Below, in pieces: positions 1-9,500 of a DNA stretch of 64,000 nt; position 1 is the stretch's first letter; the number at the start of each line of letters is the position of its first letter. The notes under the pieces are model-generated. The model saw nothing but the letters and a program-made list of their open reading frames with translations, was not told where the DNA came from and made no database searches. This stretch comes from a virus, in the IMG/VR virus record IMGVR_UViG_3300028920_000034, positions 64,001 to 128,000 of that record. One strand, given 5' to 3'. A program made the position numbers and the translations under genes.

Positions 1-2876
1 AGCGTGTCTGGGATCACCAGGTTGCCGTTTGCGTCCACGCTCGGGGGCGTTCCGGTGTTGGCCGGGTCCGGGTAGCTGGTGGCCGTGATCGTGATGTTGG
101 CGTAGTCCACGCCTTTCACCCCACCGATGCCAGTCGTTTTGTCTGGCACCACCCGGTTGTAGTAGTCGCTCCGGTTCAGGTGCTCACCGTAGTCGCGCCC
201 CTTGAGCTCCGCGTCGATGGCTGCCTGGATTGAGGGGAGCTGTTTGGAGTAGAGGTACGGCTTCAGGATGCTCACCTGGACCAGCATGTCCACGGCCACC
301 AGGTTGTAGTAACCGGACACCGCCACCACCGTGGTGGGGAGCACGTTGCGGTCATCCAGGTACTCCTGGACAGCCGTGAGGAGGGTCTGGCTGGGCGCGG
401 CGTAGAAACCGTTTTCGTCCACCACCAGCACCTGGACCATCACGATGTTGGCCTTGCAGTCCGCGCTCAGGTTGGCGTCCAGGTACGCCTCGAGCTCCTC
501 CACGTCATCTTCGATGCTGGCCGGGATGGCGAGCACCGTATCCATGGCCGTGTCGATGGTCGTTTCCTGGGTAGCGATGGCCGCGAGCTGCGTAGTGGCC
601 TCGGTTACCGCGTCGGAAATGTCCCCCGTCTCGTCCGAGATGGAGTCCGCCGTAGTGTCGATGGCGTCGAGCTCGGTGATCGCGTTGTCGATGGGCTGGG
701 TGGCCACGGTCTGGGTGGCCCCGAACTGGATCAAGAGGTTCGATCCGTACTGGCCGGTCCCGGGGGGCTCCACCGCGAGCTCGAGGCTGTCCACCAGGCC
801 AGTGGAGTAGGTGATGGCGCCGGACACGACGCCAGGCCCGGACAGGTTGCCAGCGCCATCGTCTCGCGCGTACACGCTCTGCTCGTACAGGATCACCTCG
901 AGGTTGGTCCCGGAGATCAGCGAGCCCGAGTAGGTCACCTCGGTGGTGTTGGTGTACTTCGTGATGGTCCGGAACTGGTCACCGATCTTGATCTGACGCC
1001 CCACATCCGTGGCCTCGAAGATGGAAGATCCCACGCGCACGCGCCCGGGTTGCACGTCACAATTTCCATCGCTGGCGCTTGACTCTTCGTTCAGATCGTC
1101 CACCCACAGGAACACCGTCCCGGGGTAAATGTCCCCTTTCTGGAGCTGGACGTTGTTCCAGATCTTCGTGGCGCCATCCGCCTGGGTGAACACCTGTTGA
1201 TAGGGGATATTCTCGAGCCCCTCCTTGGCCGTCTCGAGGTGCTCTGTGGCGAGCGTGACACCACCCTTGATCGCCGTCACGTGGGTGTCGATGTTGCCCT
1301 GGGCCGTAGTGATGGCCGCGAGCTGCGTGGCCGCCAGGCCGCGCGCCGTGGCGATGGCGTCCACCGAGGTGGAGATGGCTGTCATGGCCGTCTCCAGGTC
1401 CGTGGCGTGCCCGTCAATGGACGCCAGGAGGGCCTGGAGCTGTAGGTCGTCCGAGATCCCGCGCACGATATGGGCCTTGCCCTTGGCCACGGTGCCGTAG
1501 GTGCCGGAGCTGTAGCTGTCGGCCAGGGTGGTCATGTCCTGCGTGGTAGTGCCGCGGTTCGCCGTTTTGAAGTAGGCCGGAGCCGTCTTGACGATCTCCT
1601 CGAGGGTCTCAAGGTCCACGCCTCCGCGCGCTCCAGAGGGGTTGTTCGCCGTGATGGCGATGCTCTGCGAATTGGCCACCAGTGGAATCACCGGCTGTTC
1701 GATGGTGCCCGCCGTGGCCGCAAGGCCCGCCTTGCCGTAGGTCACCCGGTAAATCGCCAGGCACGTGAGGCCCGCGTCCGGGATGTTGCCGCTCACGCCG
1801 TCACCGAAGAGAACGAAGGGAGGATCCGCCCCGTAGAGCACCTCCACCTTGTTCTCCTTGGCGAACGGAAGGAAGTCCACCTCCTCCCAGGGCTGCCCGT
1901 CCACGTACACCTCCATCGAATCCTGTGCCACCTGGGTGTCCTCGAGGATGCTGGTGAGCGGAAGCTGGAAGTTAGGGGCCGCATCCGAGATCACGCTGTC
2001 CCGAAGGGTCTGGCCCTGGGTGGCCGGCACGCCCGTCTTGGTGGTCTCGCCAGCGGCGAACGTCACGTCCTGGGTGATCTCGAAGATCAGGCTGTTCGGG
2101 CCCTGGAACTGGAATCTCTCGGGCACCGTAATGTCGAAAGCGTAGGGCCCGTCATCCAGGGTCAGCGTCAGATCCACCGTGCAAGCCGTGGCGCTCCTGG
2201 GCTTGTAGGCGCTCATCCGGGCGAGCTCCTCCGCCCGGGACCGGAGGCGCATCAGCGAGTAGTACCACTCGGACACCTCCTTATCCATGTACCAGCTCAG
2301 GGTGTCCAGGGCGGAGCTCACGTACTTCACGAACATGATTCCGAAATCGGAATCCACGAAGTCCGTGAACTGGTCCCCGTACTTCTCGGCCAGCCAGCTC
2401 AGGCCCTCGTCCAGGAACGTCTGGTAGTCGCGGCCGGCGTACTTGGAGCGGACCAGGGTGTCGGTCACGCGCACGTCCGCGCGGAGCTCGCGGCCGGTGG
2501 TCACTTCCTCCCACCGAGGGTAGGCCGGGGTGATGGTTCCGGAGCCGCTGGTGGCGTCCGCGCCGCTCTGGTCATAGGTAATGCTGGTGGTGCTGGGCAC
2601 GCTGGCCACCACGAACTCGCCATCGAAGGTCGGATCTGTGACACCAGCCACGGTGATGGTGTCGCCCACCGCCAAGCCGTGGGCCGTGGTGGTGGTGAGG
2701 GTGACCAGGCCGGAAGTGCGGTCCGCTCCGGTGGCCGTCACGATGGTGGACGGATCTTGGGATCCCACCTGAAGGATCTGCTCGTACACCCGGTCCAGGG
2801 CCGTGTGGTAGAAGCGATACCACTGCTCCGGATCCAGTGGATAGTCATCGAATTCTGGGATCGCCAGGACGGCCAT
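1..2876 (-). CDS. Baseplate wedge subunit, T4 gp6/baseplate-J-like (runs off the left edge; not in ORF track)
   Basis: Hand translation from ATG 2876 stays open to the window edge: MAVLAIPEF...KYAGRDYQTFLDE...FTDFVDSDFGIMFVKYVSSALDTLSWYMD...EELARMSAYKPRSATA (gp6-like N-terminus)...ETLEEIVKTAP...VQEYLDDRNVLPTTV...DANGNLVIP. Lies directly after the gp25-like gene. Confidence 0.88.
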   Translation of the reverse strand, partial: MAVLAIPEFDDYPLDPEQWYRFYHTALDRVYEQILQVGSQDPSTIVTATGADRTSGLVTLTTTTAHGLAVGDTITVAGVTDPTFDGEFVVASVPSTTSITYDQSGADATSGSGTITPAYPRWEEVTTGRELRADVRVTDTLVRSKYAGRDYQTFLDEGLSWLAEKYGDQFTDFVDSDFGIMFVKYVSSALDTLSWYMDKEVSEWYYSLMRLRSRAEELARMSAYKPRSATACTVDLTLTLDDGPYAFDITVPERFQFQGPNSLIFEITQDVTFAAGETTKTGVPATQGQTLRDSVISDAAPNFQLPLTSILEDTQVAQDSMEVYVDGQPWEEVDFLPFAKENKVEVLYGADPPFVLFGDGVSGNIPDAGLTCLAIYRVTYGKAGLAATAGTIEQPVIPLVANSQSIAITANNPSGARGGVDLETLEEIVKTAPAYFKTANRGTTTQDMTTLADSYSSGTYGTVAKGKAHIVRGISDDLQLQALLASIDGHATDLETAMTAISTSVDAIATARGLAATQLAAITTAQGNIDTHVTAIKGGVTLATEHLETAKEGLENIPYQQVFTQADGATKIWNNVQLQKGDIYPGTVFLWVDDLNEESSASDGNCDVQPGRVRVGSSIFEATDVGRQIKIGDQFRTITKYTNTTEVTYSGSLISGTNLEVILYEQSVYARDDGAGNLSGPGVVSGAITYSTGLVDSLELAVEPPGTGQYGSNLLIQFGATQTVATQPIDNAITELDAIDTTADSISDETGDISDAVTEATTQLAAIATQETTIDTAMDTVLAIPASIEDDVEELEAYLDANLSADCKANIVMVQVLVVDENGFYAAPSQTLLTAVQEYLDDRNVLPTTVVAVSGYYNLVAVDMLVQVSILKPYLYSKQLPSIQAAIDAELKGRDYGEHLNRSDYYNRVVPDKTTGIGGVKGVDYANITITATSYPDPANTGTPPSVDANGNLVIPDT

Positions 2877-2877
2877 G

Positions 2878-3279
2878 CTATGCGCCTCCGCCGGCCGGCG
2901 GGGTCACCGGCTGGCTCCAGGTGTTGGGTTGCCCAAGGTAGATGTAGTCTACCTCAATGATAACGCCCCCTTCAACGTCCTCATCGTCAAGGATCCGAAC
3001 GGAGTCCACTTCCACGTCCGGAACCCAGGTGGCCAATGCGTTGCGGATCTCGATACTTGCCGCCGTTCGCATGATCGGCCCGATGCTCTCGAAAACCAGG
3101 GAAAGCACTGTGGATCCGAACGTCGGCTCCATCTTGTGGACGCCCACGAAGGTGAAGATCACCAAGCTGATCTTGGACTCCACCAGGTCGATGCCCATGG
3201 CCGCCTGGGGGCCCGTGGAGCTCCACGGCCACGCGATACCCGTCGCGCCAACGCCGTTGATGTATGCAGGTTCAGTCAT
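2878..3279 (-). CDS. Baseplate gp25/GPW-like sheath initiator
   Basis: IDLVESKISLVIFTFVGVHKMEPTFGSTVLSLVFE...IRNALATWVPDVEVDSVRI fits the gp25 pattern; sits between spike and wedge. Confidence 0.88.
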   Translation of the reverse strand: MTEPAYINGVGATGIAWPWSSTGPQAAMGIDLVESKISLVIFTFVGVHKMEPTFGSTVLSLVFESIGPIMRTAASIEIRNALATWVPDVEVDSVRILDDEDVEGGVIIEVDYIYLGQPNTWSQPVTPPAGGGA

Positions 3280-3285
3280 GGACCA

Positions 3286-3642
3286 CTACTCCTCGTCCAG
3301 TGGGCACCCGGGCAGCTCGGGCACCTCGGGCACCTCGGGCGGAGTCGGCACCGGAGGGATCGCCGGTGGCGTCGGGATGGCAGGCACCGGGATCGGGGGC
3401 ACCGGAGGCAGCGCGGCAACCGGAATGCTGTCCGGAGGCGTAGGGAGCTCCGGGAGCTCCGGCACTGACGGCGGAGTCGGCACCGGGGGCAACGCCGGGG
3501 GCGTCGGGATAGCCGGCACCGGCACCGGTGGCACCGCCACCACGGGCACACTCGCGGGCGCGCCTGGGAGCTCCGGGAGCTCCGGCACGACTGGCGGAGT
3601 CGGCACCGGGGGCACCGCTGGGGGCGTCGGGACTGCCGGCAC
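3286..3642 (-). CDS. Pro-rich repeat protein (three ~40-aa units, ends GCPLDEE); start uncertain
   Basis: Three imperfect PVPAxPTPPAxPPVPTPPxVPELPELP units. An upstream in-frame ATG at 3702 is separated by a TGA at 3661-3663. Confidence 0.6.
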   Translation of the reverse strand: MPAVPTPPAVPPVPTPPVVPELPELPGAPASVPVVAVPPVPVPAIPTPPALPPVPTPPSVPELPELPTPPDSIPVAALPPVPPIPVPAIPTPPAIPPVPTPPEVPEVPELPGCPLDEE

Positions 3643-3705
3643 GGGCAGGGGGCACGTCCCTCACTTGGAGGCCGCTTGAGTCGCTGTTCCGAGATCAACC
3701 ATGAG

Positions 3706-3779
3706 TTGGCACGCTCATTGCTTCTGCTTAATTAACCTTATCTCCCCTCTTAGAAGAGAAGAGTCTTGAGTGTCTCCGG
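3706..3779 (+). repeat. 74-bp dispersed element, copy 1 (sigma54-type -24/-12 box, TTAATTAA, purine/pyrimidine tract)
   Basis: TTGGCACGCTCATTGCTTCTGCTTAATTAACCTTATCTCCCCTCTTAGAAGAGAAGAGTCTTGAGTGTCTCCGG; intergenic; four other copies. Confidence 0.9.
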
Positions 3780-3780
3780 T

Positions 3781-4722
3781 TCACTTCCCCTTGTTGGTGG
3801 TGCTGTTCACGTCTGGCGTGTACGCCGGCCATGCCCCGGCGGGGGGACCCGTGGGAGCTCCTGGCGATGAGGTTGGGTGCGTGTGGGTGGCGAAGATGGT
3901 CACTGCCTTGCCCCACAGCTCCAGGAGCTTGTTGCCGAGCACAAATGGCTCGGTGCCCCCGTCCCCGAGGGTGCTCCCCCCGGTAACCCCGAACGCCTCC
4001 GCTGCCACGGTCACGGACTTGCCGGCGAGCTGGATCAAGTCTTTCTTCGCCTCCACGTACACCCCGTCCTTTTGGACCAGCTTGATCCCGTCCTTGTCGG
4101 TACTCACGATGTTGCCGTTGGAGTCCCGGATGGTCACCCCCTCCTTGCCGTCTGCCGCGTTCAACAAGATGCTGGTGCCCGTGTGGTCCTGCACCTGCAC
4201 CGAGCCGTCCTTGTCCACGCTGATGAAGCTGTAGCGGTCCTCACCGTCTGGGCTGTTGTCCTTGGACTGGTGCCACTTGATCGTGACGGACTCCTTGCCT
4301 GGGTCATCCGAGAATTCAATGGCGTGCCCGTTGGGAGTAGTCCAGGCGCGCGTCGTGGGCGGGTTCTTCTGACAGGAGCTCGGGGTGTCCAGCACGCCGT
4401 CCGGCTTGCCCCACCAGCCACCCACGTACATCGGAAACCTGGAGTCGCCGTTCTCGAAGGCGATCATCACGGGGTCGCCTTCGGCTGGCACATGGAAGAT
4501 ACCCGCCTGGGCCCCGGCCCCGAGGGCCACCGGCCACGCCCAGTCCGCCAGGAGCTCGTCCCCGGCCACCGCCGGGCAGCTCACGATGATGCGGCCCTTC
4601 ATGTCCGGGTCCTCATTGTCCTCGCACACGCCACGGTACAGGCCGTACCAGCGGTCATAGTGCTCGAGGCCGTACATGCGAAGGTTCTGAATGAACCCCA
4701 GGAATGCGTCGATGGCGTCCAT
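3781..4722 (-). CDS. Baseplate spike, gp5/gpV/VgrG OB-fold family
   Basis: WYGLYRGVCEDNEDPDMKGRIIVSCP...WAWP...GIFHVPAEGDPVMIAFENGDSRFPMYVGGWW, then beta-repeats and a C-terminal HTH metal-tip motif (FATHTHP). Confidence 0.9.
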   Translation of the reverse strand: MDAIDAFLGFIQNLRMYGLEHYDRWYGLYRGVCEDNEDPDMKGRIIVSCPAVAGDELLADWAWPVALGAGAQAGIFHVPAEGDPVMIAFENGDSRFPMYVGGWWGKPDGVLDTPSSCQKNPPTTRAWTTPNGHAIEFSDDPGKESVTIKWHQSKDNSPDGEDRYSFISVDKDGSVQVQDHTGTSILLNAADGKEGVTIRDSNGNIVSTDKDGIKLVQKDGVYVEAKKDLIQLAGKSVTVAAEAFGVTGGSTLGDGGTEPFVLGNKLLELWGKAVTIFATHTHPTSSPGAPTGPPAGAWPAYTPDVNSTTNKGK

Positions 4723-6191
4723 CAGTCCCTAAGCCACCCACCGGGGCCGTACAGCTCCCGGGTCCAGTTGAAATTCGCGTCAGTGCTTACCGCCGCTCGC
4801 TTCTGTAGAGCTTTCTTCGCCGCCTTTTCCACGTAGGGAGAGCTCGCGCGCTGGCTCATCCAGTTGGCGATGCTGGCGCTTGGGAAGCCCCTGGGCATCA
4901 GGTCCACGTCCTGCTTCGCCACGCTCTCACCGAGGGACCAGTTGATCTCGGACACCCGGTACATCCCGGTGAAGTAGTCTCCCACCCCTTCGGCGCGCAC
5001 CAGGTCGTCTGGTAGCAGAGACGGCACCCCGATGCTCGAAACCTTGGCCTTGGCCCCGTGCGCCTCCGCGTTGTAGTCAAACAGGTTCTTGAGTTTGCTC
5101 CCGATGAACTGCTCACGCCCGGGGATGGGCACGTTCTGGCTTCCCTTGGCATCATGCGGAAGGTTCTGGCCGCTCTGGCTGCGCTGGGCCGGCTGGTCCG
5201 ATGGCGCTGCCGGAGCTTTCTTTCCGCTGTAGGATTTGGCCTGGCTGGTGGCCATATCCGTCTTCTCAGTTGGGTGCAGCTTCACCCGCTTGTCATCTGG
5301 GCCAAGGAACCTGGTCACGGCCGCGCGCACGGGCAGGAACATCGCAGTGGACTCTGAATCGAACGAGTCCATCGGAATCACGTTGTTGGCCAGGTCGAGC
5401 TGGCCGCGGAACCGGAACGTCCAGTCCGCTTGCTTCGGCTCGCGCACGTCGCTGATCCGGAGCACGTTGCCGCCCACGATCACGGCCCGACAACAGCACC
5501 TCGCCGCCAGGTGCTTCAGGAACTGCCAATCGTTCAGGCCACCCTGGCAGATCTGCTCCTTGTCGGAATCCAGGATGGTACGCGCATCCTGGGAGAACCG
5601 CTTGGAGTCATACTTCGTGTCTCCGTTCCAGTCGATGGTGAACCCGTACCGCTTGGCAACGAGCTCAATCACCTGGCGATAGGTGGCCCTGTTCTTCCGC
5701 TTCTTGCCGCCCTGGCTGTCCGCGAACGTGTGATTCCAGATGAGGGCATCCTGGTTCTGGAGCTGCGTCGTGAGCCACCCGAAACTGGTGCCGCGGAGCG
5801 AGACGGTGAACTCGTCCCCGAAGCTCACGTCCGGCTTGAGCATCATGTAGTATTTGAGCGGTCCAAGATGGCTGGAATGGCGCGTGTAGCCCCAGCGCAC
5901 GGCCATCGTGTTGCCGATAGTGAGCCAGTGAGATCCGAGGAGCTCCAGGGCCTCCTGGTAGGTAGGCGGAGTGAGGTTGATCGTTACCTCCCCGAAGCCG
6001 CTCATCGTCTCCTTTTGCTGCATCGAAGAGAACCACGGAAGGTGGACAGCCGGCTTCACCTGGCCGGGCATCACCGAGAAGCTGGCCCACTTGCCAATGT
6101 CCGCAGCGTAGACGTTGCACTGCATCATCAGCCCCAGGAAGTCATAGGGCTCTGTGGGAGTCACAGCCACGCTACTGGTCCTCCTTGGCAC
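4722..6191 (-). CDS. Baseplate hub (gp27/gpD-like)
   Basis: VRWGY, QGGLNDWQFLKHLAARC, SIGVPSLLPDDLVRAEGVGDYFTGMYRVSEINW motifs; synteny. Confidence 0.82.
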   Translation of the reverse strand: MPRRTSSVAVTPTEPYDFLGLMMQCNVYAADIGKWASFSVMPGQVKPAVHLPWFSSMQQKETMSGFGEVTINLTPPTYQEALELLGSHWLTIGNTMAVRWGYTRHSSHLGPLKYYMMLKPDVSFGDEFTVSLRGTSFGWLTTQLQNQDALIWNHTFADSQGGKKRKNRATYRQVIELVAKRYGFTIDWNGDTKYDSKRFSQDARTILDSDKEQICQGGLNDWQFLKHLAARCCCRAVIVGGNVLRISDVREPKQADWTFRFRGQLDLANNVIPMDSFDSESTAMFLPVRAAVTRFLGPDDKRVKLHPTEKTDMATSQAKSYSGKKAPAAPSDQPAQRSQSGQNLPHDAKGSQNVPIPGREQFIGSKLKNLFDYNAEAHGAKAKVSSIGVPSLLPDDLVRAEGVGDYFTGMYRVSEINWSLGESVAKQDVDLMPRGFPSASIANWMSQRASSPYVEKAAKKALQKRAAVSTDANFNWTRELYGPGGWLRD

Positions 6192-6498
6192 GGATGCTGA
6201 CCATCGTTCGGATCTGGCTCGGAATGCGAATCATGTCCCCGAAACGCAAGTCCATAGGCAGTAGACGGAACCCATTGATCTCCGCGATCACGTCCCACAG
6301 GATGGAGCTGTTCAGGTAATCGTTCGCCAGCCGGTCAATGCGAACATGGTTCTCCACCCGCAGCGTCGTGTCTGAATCCGCCGGGCTGATCTTTCGGATG
6401 ACAGGCAGGTCCCACCACTCCACCTCGCGTGTACCATCGCTACCCGTCATGAGCTGCGCGAAGTTGAGCCGGCTGTAGGGGTCAATTTCAATCGTCAT
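6172..6498 (-). CDS. LysM/gp53-like baseplate protein
   Basis: RIDRLANDYLNSSILWDVIAEING...DLRFGDMIRIP; directly after the tape measure. Confidence 0.82.
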   Translation of the reverse strand: MTIEIDPYSRLNFAQLMTGSDGTREVEWWDLPVIRKISPADSDTTLRVENHVRIDRLANDYLNSSILWDVIAEINGFRLLPMDLRFGDMIRIPSQIRTMVSIRAKEDQ

Positions 6499-6505
6499 GG
6501 GTTAC

Positions 6506-9500
6506 CTATTGCGAGCCGGCGCTCCGGACCTTGCTCGCGTTCGCACGTTGCCTGATCAGCCGAGCTCGCTTGGACTGCGCGCTCAGGTAGTCGCCAATGT
6601 CACCTTGGATGTAGACATTCACCTGGAACGTCCGGATGGCCTGGGTGAGCTGCGCGATGGCCACGCTCACGTCCGCCATGGCCGCTTTCGTGTCCTTGGA
6701 GATAGCGGCGCTCACCTGGCGCTCTGGCGTCCTTGCTCGGAACCCAGCTCGAGCCCCAGCACCAACTCCACCAGTGCCAGTGGCCGGAGCTTTCCCGAGA
6801 CCCTTCGTGCCGATCTTCTTGTAGCTAATCCCGGAGACCGTGGACCCCTCGCCCACCTTCAGGCGCGGATCGAACTTCTTGAGGGCCGCGATGATCTTGG
6901 GGCTCAACTCGACGTTTTTGCCCGTGAGGGCGCCCAGGTCCAGGCCCTTGAAAATCCGCTGCGCTCGAGCTCCCTGGAGACGACGGAAGATCCCACGGAA
7001 TGCTTCGCGTTGCTCCCTGGGTAGATCGTACAGATTTTCGCCCGTCTTGAGCTGCGCGTAGAGCTGCGTGAGCTGGTCCGCCCGGTCGCGCACCATCTTC
7101 CGCTGGAACTTCATCATGCCCTTGCTGAGTGCCTGTTGCATGGACATGCCCTTGTCCATGTACTCCTTGACCAGGGGCATGACGTTTTGCCCGAATATGT
7201 CCATCCGGATAGCCTTGGCGCGAGACCCCATCCGGGTGGCCCACCAATCGTAGAACTTGACCCTGGCTTGGCGCTCAATCTTCGTCTGCTTCTTGATTCT
7301 GTCCTTGAGATCCTTGGTTGAAACGCTCACGCCTTTCAGGCCCATCTTGTCCGCTTGTTGGCGAAGCGCATTGATCTTGCCCAGCACTGCCTGGAGCTCA
7401 CTTGTCTGCTTTGTGAACTTCTTTTGCTTTTCGAGTTGAGCCATCTGGAGCTTGATCTGAATCGCCGCTGCATCGCTCGCTGCCCTGGTGAGCTTCTGAT
7501 ACATCTTGGCGCCAGTCTGGCCCACGGACACCATTTCGCCGCCCACCTTGCCTCGCATCTTCGCGTAGGCCGCAGCGGACTGGTTCGCTCCGCTCGCGCT
7601 CGCGCGTGCCACGTTGGTGTTCCCCTGGGCAGCCGCGGAGCTCACATTCGTCCAGGTGGTGGCCGCGTTGGAGCTGGTGACGTTCATGTGGCCGGCCATC
7701 TGCGTGGTCACCTGGGCCGAGCTCATGCCCAGGAAGTTGAGGGCCGCTCCGCCCACCTGTTTCATGCCGTTCCAGAGCCAGTCAGCCGTCTCCTTGATCT
7801 GCTTCTGATTGGTGACCTGTTTATCCCTGGACACCGTGGTCGCCCTGGTGATGTTCTTGGACGCTTCGATCTGGTCCGCCTGCATCTTGGCGACCATCTT
7901 GTCCACGCTGGACGTGATGCTCGAGATGTTGACGCCAATCGTCTCGGTAGCTCCACCGAAGAACGACTTGAGCCCGTTGCCTACGGCGCTGAATCCGCCG
8001 CGCACCTTGTCGCCCACCGCACTCGCCGCGGATTTGATCCCTCCCCATGCCTTGCTTGCCATAGACTTCAGGCCGCCCCACGCTTTGGAGAAGAACCCGG
8101 TGATGGCCCCAGCCACCTTTTTCGCCGCGTTCTTGACCGCGCCGAACACCGCCAGTGCCACCTCCTTGATCTTGCGGAACGCCCAAGTGATGCCATCGTA
8201 GATCGCCGTGCCGATCTTCTTGTAGAACCCGATCACGGTACTCCACACGGCCTTGATCGCAGACCAGGCCGCAGTGGCCACCACCTTGAGCTTCTCCCAC
8301 ACCCAGCCAACCGCGCTGTAGATAGCATTGCCGATGGCAGAGAACACCTGGCTCGCTACGCCCCAGACGGCTTTGATTCCGTTCCAGGCCGCCGTGGCGA
8401 GCTGCCACAGCTTGCGGAACGGCCAGGAGATCATCGCCCAGATACCCTCCGCCAGCGTCGTCAGGCTGTCGCCCATGTAGCGCCACACCGCGAGCACCGC
8501 GCTCACCACCCCGGACACCACCTTGTAGAGCATCCGCCAAGGGAAGCTGATCACCTGCCAAATGGCGTTGGCCACCCACTTCAATCCTACCCACAGCCCC
8601 TGGAACGCCGTCTGCACCGCGCCAACCGTCCAGCTCGCTGCCTTCCACAGCATCCGGAACGGCCACGTGATGGCGTCCATGATGCCACGGCCGGTAGAAC
8701 CGAGCGAGGCGTACAGGGACTTCCAGCCCTCCACGATCAACGTGTAGAACAGCTTGATGCCATTCCACGTCATCTTGAAGGGGAACAGGAGCGCCTCGAG
8801 GAGGAAGCGCCCCATGCTCTTGAAGAAGCCCACGAAGTCCCCGCCGGCCAGCTTTTTGACCGCATCGATCAACGGCTTGATCACGCCCCACATCACCTTG
8901 AACGGTCCGGCGATGGCGTCCAGGATTCCCTTGCCTCTGACGCTGAGTGAGTCCCGCAGCTTGCCCCACAGGTGGCTCACCAGGTTGACCACGTTTTCCA
9001 CCACGCCACCGAGGTAGCGGAATGGGAACGTGATCGCCTTGAGCATGGCAATGCCGGCGTACTTGAAGAACCCCAGCACATCGCCCTTCCAGAGCGCCTT
9101 GATCGCTTTGATCACGGGCTGAATCAGGTCCCACAGCATCAGGAACGGGTGCAGGATGATCTTGGCAATGAGCTTCGCCGTCTTGCCCATCTGGCCCGTG
9201 AGAGCGTAGAACGCCACCCCCAGAGCTGCGATCACAGCGATGGCAGCCACCACTGGCCAGAATGCGATGCCCCACTGGGCAGCCATTCCGGCCGCCCAGG
9301 CGTACATCTTGGTGAGCATTCCGGCGAGCGTGGAATACATCGTGGAGGCGATCCACATCAGGCCCCGCAGCATGAGCCGCCTGGTGGACCCGAAGAACAT
9401 CATCGTGATGAAGATCCCACCGATCAGCTTGCCCTTTTGGGCCACCCCTTTCTCGAAGCCCATGGACCAATCGGTGAAGAACTTGTAGACCTGACTCCCG

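Noticed and set aside
3661-3663. Genome-wide stop-codon reassignment
   Set aside because: TGA, TAG and TAA all terminate conserved genes at expected positions; only one suspicious in-frame TGA was seen.
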